DNA from: Candidatus Woesebacteria bacterium
Lineage (GTDB): Bacteria > Patescibacteriota > Microgenomatia > UBA8517
NCBI GenBank assembly: GCA_020060565.1
Contig: JAGVAE010000001.1
Coordinates: forward strand, 2,671 to 66,670
Direction of reading: 5' to 3'
DNA: 64,000 nt
Within the stretch, counting starts at the first letter, position 1. Every line of letters begins with the position of its first letter. Under the pieces are notes generated by a model. It was not told the origin of the DNA and made no database searches. It saw only the letters and a list, made by a program, of their open reading frames with translations. Below, in pieces: positions 55,787-64,000 of the stretch. Made by a program: the position numbers and the translations under genes.

Positions 55787-57280
55787 ATGTCGAAAGCCTT
55801 TAGAAACAGGGTAATTCTAAATATTCTGGATAAATATAAAGATATATGGGCATTGGGGTATATGGGAGCTGTTGCTAATTGGGATCTGGAGACTTATATG
55901 CCAGTTAGTGGTGCGAAAGTACGAGGAGAGGCATTTGGGAGACTATCTACTATTAGTCAAAATCTTTTTTTGAAGAAGGATTTTGTTTCATTGATACATA
56001 AAGGTGAGAAAGAAAAGAATCTAACTGATGAAGAGAAGGGAGTTATTAGGGCTTTAATACGTTCACTTAAATACTACACTAGGCTGCCGAGTGATTTCTT
56101 AGAGAAATACGAAAAGACTACAACGGAAGCCACTGTTATCTGGAGAGAAGCGAGAGACAGTAATAACTTTAAGCTATTTGAACCCTATTTATCTAAAATT
56201 TTTAATTTAAATAAAGCTAAGGCAGAATATCTTGGCTACAAAGATTCTCCATACGATGCACTCATGGATCAATATGAAGAAAATCTTTCAACCCGTGAGG
56301 TTGAACTGTTTTTTGGGGAGATTAGGGAACCGCTTAAAGAATTACTCGTAAAAATACAAAAATCACCTAAGTACTTTAAAGAACACAAATTAGAAAAGGC
56401 CTTATATAATGAAGAAAAACTAAAAGACCTAAATTTTAAAATATTGGAGACGTTTTGGGCAGATTTCAGCCGATTAAGGCTGGACATCTCAAGTCATCCT
56501 TTCACAACCTCCTTTTCTAATACGGACACCCGTATAACTACATGGTATCACAAGAGCGATTTTGCAAGAAGTTTACTAGGCACTATTCATGAGTTTGGTC
56601 ATGCTTTATATGACTTGCAATGTAAAGATGAACTTGAAATGACACCAATTGTAGGTGGAACTTCACTGGTTATTCATGAAAGCCAAAGTAGGCTTTGGGA
56701 AAACTTCGTAGGTCGTAGTGAGGGATTTATAAGAAAGTATAAAAAAGATTTTGACTCTGTTTTGTCAGTTAAACAGTCTGTCAGTTTGCCAGTTGATCAG
56801 TATTTACAATATTTTAATAAAGTAAGACCTAGTCTGCTACGTGTCGAGGCGGATGAAGTCACTTATCACTTCCATATAATGTTAAGGTTTGAGATTGAAA
56901 AAGGACTAATTGAAGGAAGATTGAAGGTAAGGGATGTAAGGGAGGTTTGGAATAGCAAGATGAAGGAATATTTGGGTGTTATACCTAAGAAAGATTCGGA
57001 TGGGGTACTTCAGGATATTCATTGGAGTGGGGGAACTGTTGGGTACTTTCCAACTTACAGTTTAGGTACGTTTCTGAGCGCTCAGTGGGAGCAAAAAATG
57101 GGTTTAGAGTTTAGAATTCAGAATTTAGAGTTTGTGAAGAATTGGCTCGAAGAACACATTCACAAATATGGCTCAACATATACACTTGACGATCTACTCA
57201 AGAAAAATCATATGAAATTTGATCCAAGCGTTAACTTAAAATATTTGGAGAAAAAATATTCAAAAATATATGGATTTTGA
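55787..57280 (+). CDS. M32-family carboxypeptidase (Taq-like)
   Basis: HEFGHALYD zinc motif plus DIHWSGGTVGYFPTYSLG and the other M32 signature blocks; 497 aa. Confidence 0.85.
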   Translation: MSKAFRNRVILNILDKYKDIWALGYMGAVANWDLETYMPVSGAKVRGEAFGRLSTISQNLFLKKDFVSLIHKGEKEKNLTDEEKGVIRALIRSLKYYTRLPSDFLEKYEKTTTEATVIWREARDSNNFKLFEPYLSKIFNLNKAKAEYLGYKDSPYDALMDQYEENLSTREVELFFGEIREPLKELLVKIQKSPKYFKEHKLEKALYNEEKLKDLNFKILETFWADFSRLRLDISSHPFTTSFSNTDTRITTWYHKSDFARSLLGTIHEFGHALYDLQCKDELEMTPIVGGTSLVIHESQSRLWENFVGRSEGFIRKYKKDFDSVLSVKQSVSLPVDQYLQYFNKVRPSLLRVEADEVTYHFHIMLRFEIEKGLIEGRLKVRDVREVWNSKMKEYLGVIPKKDSDGVLQDIHWSGGTVGYFPTYSLGTFLSAQWEQKMGLEFRIQNLEFVKNWLEEHIHKYGSTYTLDDLLKKNHMKFDPSVNLKYLEKKYSKIYGF

Positions 57281-57672
57281 TATATAATATGAATATGACA
57301 GAATCTTTTAACCCAAGCCCTGAAGATATTGAAGTGTACGGAAATTTGGGGAGGATGTTGGACAAATTTCGCCGTACCCCCGGAAGCCGCATAAATGATA
57401 CGTGGTATGAGTATAGAAAAGGAGCCATAAAAAATTTTGGTGAAGATGCGATTGCTACTTTAATCCCCCAAAAAATCAATGTTTCATCGACTTTGATTAC
57501 GAGAGCCTTGAATAATCTTGCCAGAAATGGGGTAAAAACGACGCAAGACTTGGTTTGTATTGACTTAGACGATTTTATGAGGGATGAGCCCAAAGACTTC
57601 GGGTCAAAATCATTAGAGTTTGCAAAGGCTCTAAAGGCAGTTTCCCAGATTGAATTAAAAAGAAAATTTTAA
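57277..57672 (+). CDS. hypothetical protein with an HhH-like motif reminiscent of RNA polymerase alpha-CTD
   Basis: INVSSTLITRALNNLARNGVKTTQDLV resembles the alpha-CTD HhH. The ORF overlaps the previous stop (ATGA). A weak call. Confidence 0.35.
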   Translation: MIYNMNMTESFNPSPEDIEVYGNLGRMLDKFRRTPGSRINDTWYEYRKGAIKNFGEDAIATLIPQKINVSSTLITRALNNLARNGVKTTQDLVCIDLDDFMRDEPKDFGSKSLEFAKALKAVSQIELKRKF

Positions 57673-57797
57673 TCAATTACTTCTTAATTTTTTGTCAACT
57701 AAAAACTTTTAATATCAAAATGACTATTGACACCCATGAAGCGCTTTGATATCTTCTGACTAAGATTGATAAGAGATAGGCAGGGAACTATAACAAA

Positions 57798-58016
57798 ATG
57801 GAACCAACTACAAAAAAGAAAGTCAGATTAGAAGCTTTACCCGATTTACTCACTGTTCGTGAAGTTGCAGATATACTTCGAGTTTCACCCTTAACCATTA
57901 AAAGATGGGGTAAACGAGGCAAGCTTCCTGCAATACGTATAAACTCTCGAGGTGATAGACGTTACAAGAAAGAAGCTGTTCTTTGGCTTCTCGGCATGCA
58001 GGCAAAGGAAGAATAA
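57798..58016 (+). CDS. small helix-turn-helix DNA-binding protein (MerR/excisionase-type HTH_17)
   Basis: LLTVREVADILRVSPLTIKRWGKRGKLPAIRI; 72 aa. Confidence 0.6.
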   Translation: MEPTTKKKVRLEALPDLLTVREVADILRVSPLTIKRWGKRGKLPAIRINSRGDRRYKKEAVLWLLGMQAKEE

Positions 58017-58018
58017 CT

Positions 58019-59758
58019 TCAGTCTAACTTAATCTGTAAATTCCAAAAGTGGGAATATAAACTATTTTTATCTTTGAGTAAGGATTCATGAGTTCCTATT
58101 TCTTTTATTTTGCCATACTCCATGACAACTATTTTATCTGCTCTCATAATAGTTGAGAGTCTGTGGGCAACAATGATGGTGGTTTTTCCTGCTCTAGCTT
58201 TCCAGAAGGCATCCTGAATTAATTTTTCAGACTCGGAATCTAAATGACTTGTTGCTTCATCAAATACAACAATATCTGGATCACTTAGTATCATGCGTGC
58301 TATGGCAAGTCTTTGTTTTTGTCCTCCAGAGAGCTTAACACCGCGTTCACCAACTTCAGTATTATATTTGTCTTTAAGATCTTCTATAAACTCATCTATA
58401 TTAGCAAGATTTGAAGCTATTTTTATCTCACTTAGTTTTGGTCTATTTTTTCCATAGCCGATGTTGTAGGCAATTGTGTTATTAAATAGTATTGGTTCTT
58501 GGGGAACTACTCCAATAAAACTTCTTAAAGTGCTTTTTGTAAATTTTGTGATATTCACTCCATCAATGGTGATTTCACCACTGTCCAAATCATAAAATCT
58601 CATTAATAGCTTGGTTAAGGTGGTTTTTCCACTTCCACTTCTACCTACAAGCGCTATTGATTCACCGGGCTTGATATTAAGATTTATACCGTTTATGGCA
58701 TTTTTGGATCTGCCGTTATATGTAAAGCGAATATTGTTAAATTTAATCTCACCTTTTACATGGGACATTTTTATTGGATTTTCTGGATCGACGATTTCTA
58801 TTTTTTCATCAAGAAATCCAAAATACTTTTCAATATCAGCGTAGTTTTTAGCAATTCCACGAATTCCATAGACCAGATTCCATATTTTTGGAATAAACAT
58901 TCCAATGAATCCTATGACCAAAACAAACTCCCCAATACTCAATCTATGATTAACCGTCAGATATAAAGCCACAAAAAAAGTAAGAAATGTACTGATACTT
59001 GTTATAATTCCCAATACAACATCAATTAACCTAAATGAGTTGGCATAGCCCCAAAGTGTTTTAATCCATCTGATAAATGCGACGGAAAGACGTTTTTCTT
59101 CCCATTTTTCCTTGGCAAAAAGCTTTACAGTCTCGTAGTTGATCATGTTGTCAGCGATAATTCCCGAGACATAATCTTCTTCTTTGTTAAAAATATTTCT
59201 TTTTTGGATGTTGAACCTAATCAAAAACTTAATGGATATGAGTATTATGACTAAAGGAACAACCATAGTTACAGCAATTAGAAGGTTAATCTTTGTAAAA
59301 AAGAAAACCATAACTATTGTGGTTATTAAAATGTTTATAATATTGAAGTGAATTGTATGAAACATATCAAAGAATGATCCATCACCTCTTTTAAAGGCTG
59401 AAATAAGCCCACCGGTACTTTTACCTGAGTGGAAGACGAAATCAAGGTCTTGAACGTGCTTAAAGATTTCTTGTCTGGCATCTCGTGATGAGTTAAGAAG
59501 AATTACATCCCCAACCCACTCACCTAGTATTGAGACAGTTAAACCCAAAACACTAGCTCCCGTATATATAAGTAGTATATTTATGAGCCTTCCATAATCC
59601 AGGGATGGAATAGCATCTACAAACAGTTTTAAAAAGTAGGGAGATATGCTTTGTAGAATTCCAGCCACAACAATAGAAACAATAAACAGTATGTAAACTG
59701 CCTTTTTACGGTAAACAAAATGAAAAAAAGTTTTTAGTACTTTAAGCATAAAAAACAC
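58019..59758 (-). CDS. ABC transporter, fused permease/ATPase exporter (MsbA-like)
   Basis: Six TM helices in the N-terminal half; Walker A GRSGSGKTT, signature LSGGQKQRLAIAR, Walker B IVVFDEATSHLD. The ORF-track start is a GTG; an ATG follows three codons later. Confidence 0.85.
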   Translation of the reverse strand: MFFMLKVLKTFFHFVYRKKAVYILFIVSIVVAGILQSISPYFLKLFVDAIPSLDYGRLINILLIYTGASVLGLTVSILGEWVGDVILLNSSRDARQEIFKHVQDLDFVFHSGKSTGGLISAFKRGDGSFFDMFHTIHFNIINILITTIVMVFFFTKINLLIAVTMVVPLVIILISIKFLIRFNIQKRNIFNKEEDYVSGIIADNMINYETVKLFAKEKWEEKRLSVAFIRWIKTLWGYANSFRLIDVVLGIITSISTFLTFFVALYLTVNHRLSIGEFVLVIGFIGMFIPKIWNLVYGIRGIAKNYADIEKYFGFLDEKIEIVDPENPIKMSHVKGEIKFNNIRFTYNGRSKNAINGINLNIKPGESIALVGRSGSGKTTLTKLLMRFYDLDSGEITIDGVNITKFTKSTLRSFIGVVPQEPILFNNTIAYNIGYGKNRPKLSEIKIASNLANIDEFIEDLKDKYNTEVGERGVKLSGGQKQRLAIARMILSDPDIVVFDEATSHLDSESEKLIQDAFWKARAGKTTIIVAHRLSTIMRADKIVVMEYGKIKEIGTHESLLKDKNSLYSHFWNLQIKLD

Positions 59759-59829
59759 CCCCGAGGGGGAAAAGTGTGCGGCGAGCCTTAATTGTATGAT
59801 ATAATACCAGTACTTTCAACTAAATTTCC

Positions 59830-60711
59830 ATGCGAAAACTAATTTTTCTATTGTTATTTGTGGTTGTAGGCTTGGTTTTGCCCGAAAGGGCCATTGCTGT
59901 TGTTCCTACAATTAGTCCATCCCCTGAGGCTTCAGCCAGTGCAGTCCCTATTGCTATACCTACTTCTGTACCAGACATAACTCAAAAAACAGCAGAAACC
60001 TTGGGTCCATTGGAGCAAATATTAGAATCCCAAATTCTGGGTCCCGTTTGGCCAACAAACCCTATTAAGTACGCAATCCGTGGAGCAGTTGGCTCGGGAG
60101 TTCCTGCCAATACAATAGTTCTTCTTCTACTTCTTCCCATAATGACCTTTATTATTGCATTCTCACGCAATGTTGTTGGAATTAGGGGGTTTGGAATTTT
60201 TCTTCCCGCTGCTTTATCTGTTGTTTTAGTTGCAACTGGACCAATTGTAGGAATTGGGCTTTTCTTACTAATTGTTGCAGTTTCAACACTCCTGCGTCTT
60301 ATTTTAAGAACACTAAAGATCAAACTTCAATATTTACCCAGGATGGCATTTATCCTTTGGGGTGTGGTTGTTGGAGTATTGGGAGCTTTATTCTTGGCTC
60401 CATATCTTAAATTTTCACAATTAAATAATGTTTCGATTTTTGCTGTCTTGATACTGATATTATTATCTGAAGATTTTACCAGAGTCCAACTTGGTAAAAG
60501 TGCTAAGACAGCTATAAATCTTACATTTGAAACATTAGTTCTTTCCCTAATTTCTTTCTTCTTTTTGACTCTTAAACCTCTTCAGGAATTTGTTCTTCTT
60601 AATCCTGAGGCTAGTCTTATTGGAGTTGCCTTACTTGATTTGATATTGGGTAAATATGCTGGACTTCGGGTAATGGAGTTCTATCGTTTTAGAAAAATTA
60701 TTAATCAATAA
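59830..60711 (+). CDS. polytopic membrane protein (about 7 TM helices) with signal peptide and Pro-rich N-terminal linker; first gene of the ATP-grasp cluster
   Basis: A signal/TM, a PT-rich stretch, then about seven hydrophobic helices. Its stop abuts the next start (TAA-ATG). Confidence 0.5.
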   Translation: MRKLIFLLLFVVVGLVLPERAIAVVPTISPSPEASASAVPIAIPTSVPDITQKTAETLGPLEQILESQILGPVWPTNPIKYAIRGAVGSGVPANTIVLLLLLPIMTFIIAFSRNVVGIRGFGIFLPAALSVVLVATGPIVGIGLFLLIVAVSTLLRLILRTLKIKLQYLPRMAFILWGVVVGVLGALFLAPYLKFSQLNNVSIFAVLILILLSEDFTRVQLGKSAKTAINLTFETLVLSLISFFFLTLKPLQEFVLLNPEASLIGVALLDLILGKYAGLRVMEFYRFRKIINQ

Positions 60712-61998
60712 ATGAAGCTTTCTTCAATTCTCGGTTTAAATGCCCGTTCTCAACTCTTTGCTTATCGTTACAATACTCGCAAGGGTAAAAAGATTGCTGA
60801 CAGTAAGATCCAGACTGCAGGAGCATTAAGACGTGCGGGGGTTGCCCACCCCAAGATTTTTAAAAAATTTAGGGATCCTAGGGAGGTAACAAATTTTAAT
60901 TGGGATAGCCTTCCTGATAAGTTTGCCCTTAAACCAAGCCGAGGATTTGGGGGAGAGGGAATAATTGTAGTTAAACAAAGGCTCAATGGTGGCGGTTGGC
61001 TGACAACACAAAAAGAGAAAGTTAATATTTCCGATCTTAAACTTCACACATTGGATATTTTAGAAGGTGCTTATTCAATGGGGGATGAGCCTGATGTTGC
61101 GTTTACCCAAGAATATATTGGACGTCACCCCGCATTTCGCCGTTGGGCGTTTAGGGGCACTCCTGATATACGCATTATTATTTTTAATAAAGTTCCCGTT
61201 ATGGCGATGCTAAGACTTCCAACAAAAGAGTCTGGGGGAAGAGCAAATTTACATCAAGGAGCGATTGGGGTAGGAATAGATATTGCAACTGGAATAACCA
61301 CAAAGGCCATTTGGCATGGGGAGCAAATTGTATTCAAACCAGGGACAGTAAAGAAACTTAGAGGAATAAAGATACCCAATTGGAACAACATTCTTGAAAC
61401 TGCAGTAAATGCTCAAATAGCCTCACATTTGGGCTATGTTGGAATAGACATAGTACTTCATCCAGAAAAAGGACCCATGGTTCTTGAAATGAATGCTCAA
61501 CCAGGGCTTCAGATCCAGTTGGCTAATATGGAGGGGCTAAGAAGAAGGCTGGAAAGAATTGATGATTTAGAAATACGAAATGCTGAGCATGGTGTTAAAA
61601 TAGCCAAGGCTCTTTTTGCTGGAAGGTTTGCAGATAGAGTTAGGGCTGAGGAGGGGGTAAAAACCATTGGTGTCTGGGAAGAAATAAAAGTACTATCTGG
61701 AGATGGAGTAAAAGCTGCCGTAAAAGCCAAGATTGACACTGGAGCTTGGAAAACATCTATCGATAAAGATTTAGCGGATAAACTAAATCTTGAAAAGAAA
61801 AGTAACATTCTTTGGGAAAAGGAATATAAAAGTTCCCTGGGAAGCGAGCGAAGAAAGGTTATTGGCCTGACCATTTTTATAGCAGGAAGAAGGATAACAA
61901 CTATTGCCAATGTAGCCAATCGGTCAAACCTTAGGTCCCAAGTGATTATAGGTAGGAGAGACCTCGAAGGCTTTTTGGTTAAGACAAACAAAGAATAA
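60712..61998 (+). CDS. ATP-grasp ligase (alpha-L-glutamate-ligase-like) fused to a C-terminal retropepsin-like aspartic protease domain
   Basis: ATP-grasp core (FALKPSRGFGGEGIIVV...VGIDIVLHPEKGPMVLEMNAQPG). The C-terminal ~110 aa carries VKAKIDTGAWKTSI, the D-T-G-A catalytic signature of retropepsin-like domains. Confidence 0.65.
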   Translation: MKLSSILGLNARSQLFAYRYNTRKGKKIADSKIQTAGALRRAGVAHPKIFKKFRDPREVTNFNWDSLPDKFALKPSRGFGGEGIIVVKQRLNGGGWLTTQKEKVNISDLKLHTLDILEGAYSMGDEPDVAFTQEYIGRHPAFRRWAFRGTPDIRIIIFNKVPVMAMLRLPTKESGGRANLHQGAIGVGIDIATGITTKAIWHGEQIVFKPGTVKKLRGIKIPNWNNILETAVNAQIASHLGYVGIDIVLHPEKGPMVLEMNAQPGLQIQLANMEGLRRRLERIDDLEIRNAEHGVKIAKALFAGRFADRVRAEEGVKTIGVWEEIKVLSGDGVKAAVKAKIDTGAWKTSIDKDLADKLNLEKKSNILWEKEYKSSLGSERRKVIGLTIFIAGRRITTIANVANRSNLRSQVIIGRRDLEGFLVKTNKE

Positions 61999-62020
61999 GC
62001 TTTATAATAGGACACCCACT

Positions 62021-62929
62021 ATGAAAAAAATATTAATACTAGTAGATAAAATAGGACGCAAAAAGGAGCTTTTTGCTGAAGAAATTGCCAAAAGAGCTCC
62101 CGAAACAACCATAACTCTGGCCAGATTTTCGGATCTTTATTTTGAAATTGATCAAGAAAATATATATGTAGAAATAAATAAAATACCAATTGTGGAATAT
62201 GACTTAGTGTATTTCCGAAGAGCGGGTAATGACTTCTCGGTTCTTGCTGCAACTCTTGCTTTTAGTCTAAAACATCTTGGAGTCAAGTTCATGGATACCA
62301 CCTGGGGAGATATTGGGTCTTTGGGAAGCAAATTTACGTCGTTGGTAAAATTGGCTAGTATTAACCTTCCAATATTTCATTCAATTTATGTCTGGAAGAC
62401 TCAAATTTCTGATAATAAAGAAAGAATAGTCAAAAATTTAAAACTACCCCTAATTGCAAAAGAGCTTTCAACCCAAAGAGGAATGGGGGTTCATATGATT
62501 AGCTCTTTGGAAGATTTCGACAAGCTTCCAATGACTGACAAAGGTGGTAGAGATAATCAATATCTTTTTCAGGAATTTGCAGAGTTAGATGAGGAATATA
62601 GACTTTTAGTTTTAGGTAATAGGGTGGGGGTTTGGGAGAAAAAGATTGTTACGGTTGAGGGGGAGTTTCGTCACAATTTATCACTCGGAGCAGATGAAGA
62701 ATATCTAAAGATTGCCGATTTACCTGCCGATCTTGAAAAAATTACAGTTGATAGTGCCAGGATTCTTAATCTTCAAATTGCAGGAGTAGATGTTGCAAAG
62801 GCTAAATCAGATGGGAAGTATAGAATGATTGAGGTAAACCGTGGACCAGGGTTTACATATGATACAAATATCTCTCCTGAAATGAATGAACTTGCAAAGT
62901 TTTTAAAGAAAGAAGCAGAGGATAAATGA
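62021..62929 (+). CDS. RimK-like ATP-grasp ligase
   Basis: LPLIAKELSTQRGMGVHMI, LLVLGNRVGVWEKKIV and QIAGVDVA..GKYRMIEVNRGPGF: the ATP-grasp fold in RimK/GshB-like order; 302 aa. Confidence 0.65.
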   Translation: MKKILILVDKIGRKKELFAEEIAKRAPETTITLARFSDLYFEIDQENIYVEINKIPIVEYDLVYFRRAGNDFSVLAATLAFSLKHLGVKFMDTTWGDIGSLGSKFTSLVKLASINLPIFHSIYVWKTQISDNKERIVKNLKLPLIAKELSTQRGMGVHMISSLEDFDKLPMTDKGGRDNQYLFQEFAELDEEYRLLVLGNRVGVWEKKIVTVEGEFRHNLSLGADEEYLKIADLPADLEKITVDSARILNLQIAGVDVAKAKSDGKYRMIEVNRGPGFTYDTNISPEMNELAKFLKKEAEDK

Positions 62930-63876
62930 TCAAAAAAAGTGTTGGTATGGCCTTCTCCAGAAAACTTACTGGGAGTGATCCTCTAGGGCATATTGGTGTT
63001 AAAAAGCCCGTATATATGAGATTTTTTGAGTTATGCAAAAAAGAGGGATGGAACTTATATGTTTTAACTAGAAAGACGTACAAAGGAAATGGAATCTTTG
63101 AAGGAGGGTGGAAGTATGATGAAAAAAAATTTGTTTTGGATAGGTCTTCTATAAAAATTGATTTGGTATATGACAGAAGTGCTGGTGTGAAGTTTCCTCC
63201 AAAGAATGACACAAGTACTATTTGGGTAAATGAACATTCCTTTAAAACTTTAGCGTGGGACAAGTGGGCTGCCTATCAAGGAATCGGAAAATATATGCCA
63301 CAAACACTGTTGGTTGAAGATGAAAGTATGCTATCCAAAATTTTACCCAAAATAAATACTGACTGGGTAGTACTTAAGCCGTTTAACGGATTAAAGGGGA
63401 TTGGTATTTTTATTGGTCCAAAGGCTGATGCCGAAGATTTTACTTTTAATAAAAAATACAGGCCCTACATTGCTCAAGAATTTGTTGATACATCGGGTGG
63501 AATTGAGGGAGTCACGTCAGGGAGACACGATTTAAGAATTGTTATTATAAACGGAAAAGTAGTGTGGAGTCATATAAGAACTCCAGTTGGTGAGAGCTTT
63601 TTAGCAAATGCTGCACAGGGTGGAAACTTAGTGGAAATTGATTATTCAAAAGTACCACTATCCGTTAAAGGTGTTGTGGAAAATGTATCAGAATTATTTT
63701 CTGAGAAGTATGACAGTCCTATCTATAGTTTAGATTTTGGAATTGATAGAGAAGGGGAGCCAAGAATATTTGAGATTAATGATCAAATAGGTTTCCCTCA
63801 GTGGGACATGAAGAATAGGGACAAATTCTTGTTTTCACTGATTGAGAACTTCAAAGGTAAGCTTTCTGCCCACTAA
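62926..63876 (+). CDS. RimK-like ATP-grasp ligase (second paralogue)
   Basis: WVVLKPFNGLKGIGIFI, DLRIVIINGKVVW and YSLDFGIDREGEPRIFEINDQIGFP; 316 aa. Its start overlaps the previous stop (ATGA). Confidence 0.65.
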   Translation: MIKKSVGMAFSRKLTGSDPLGHIGVKKPVYMRFFELCKKEGWNLYVLTRKTYKGNGIFEGGWKYDEKKFVLDRSSIKIDLVYDRSAGVKFPPKNDTSTIWVNEHSFKTLAWDKWAAYQGIGKYMPQTLLVEDESMLSKILPKINTDWVVLKPFNGLKGIGIFIGPKADAEDFTFNKKYRPYIAQEFVDTSGGIEGVTSGRHDLRIVIINGKVVWSHIRTPVGESFLANAAQGGNLVEIDYSKVPLSVKGVVENVSELFSEKYDSPIYSLDFGIDREGEPRIFEINDQIGFPQWDMKNRDKFLFSLIENFKGKLSAH

Positions 63877-64000
63877 CTATTTATTGGTATTTTGGCCATT
63901 AACTACATATATAGAACAATTAAAATATCCAGCAAAGCGTGAAAACATTAGCCTTTTCACAATCCCAACATAATACGAAGCAATTTTTGTATACAATTAT

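Noticed and set aside
1-64000. CRISPR arrays, rRNA genes, transposases, or a complete phage integrase/prophage
   Set aside because: No regularly spaced short direct repeats were found, and no rRNA-like conserved stretches. No DDE/HUH transposase or tyrosine/serine recombinase catalytic motifs were seen; only catalytic-domain-less SAM-like integrase N-terminal domains are present.

Overview
The window is low-GC (roughly 35-40% by eye), gene-dense bacterial DNA with short intergenic spacers. Its gene content resembles a Candidate Phyla Radiation / Patescibacteria-type genome. It combines minimal housekeeping genes with giant surface proteins, a sortase/LPxTG pair, ComEA/ComEC, a mevalonate-pathway isoprenoid cluster and many toxin-antitoxin modules. 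Housekeeping genes I can support are rpsA (5'-truncated), radA, rho, leuS, argS, mreB, an M16 peptidase, an M32 carboxypeptidase, an ECF sigma factor and an ABC exporter. The accessory content clusters in five places. (i) 3.4-6.7 kb holds a secreted protein, an LPKTG surface protein and a sortase operon that sits behind a promoter and a ~300-nt stretch of stacked hairpins. (ii) 9-21.8 kb holds three AbiE-like nucleotidyltransferase toxin/antitoxin modules, two of which flank a tRNA-like remnant. It also holds an AAA (DUF4143-type) ATPase gene inserted into the 3' end of a LysM/M23 peptidase gene between ~43-bp imperfect direct repeats, and a 1970-aa membrane-anchored giant protein carrying an SGNH hydrolase domain and a C-terminal HExxH motif. 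(iii) 21.8-33.4 kb holds an O-antigen-ligase-like/TPR membrane protein next to a 2993-aa giant protein. That protein has a cytoplasmic integrase-type SAM-like (core-binding) N-terminus, three ~800-bp internal tandem repeats and a Gly-rich low-complexity block. It is preceded by an orphan protein made of two tandem integrase SAM-like domains with no catalytic domain. (iv) 44-45.4 kb holds a HigB/HigA-like TA pair, tRNA-Pro(CGG), an OmpR-type winged-helix-only protein and tRNA-Arg(CCT). (v) 58-63.9 kb holds a cluster of three ATP-grasp (RimK-like) ligases, one fused to a retropepsin-like DTGA protease domain, plus a polytopic membrane protein and a divergent ABC exporter. No rRNA, CRISPR array, transposase or catalytic integrase was found. 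All calls rest on reading the sequence and ORF translations by eye; no searches were run.
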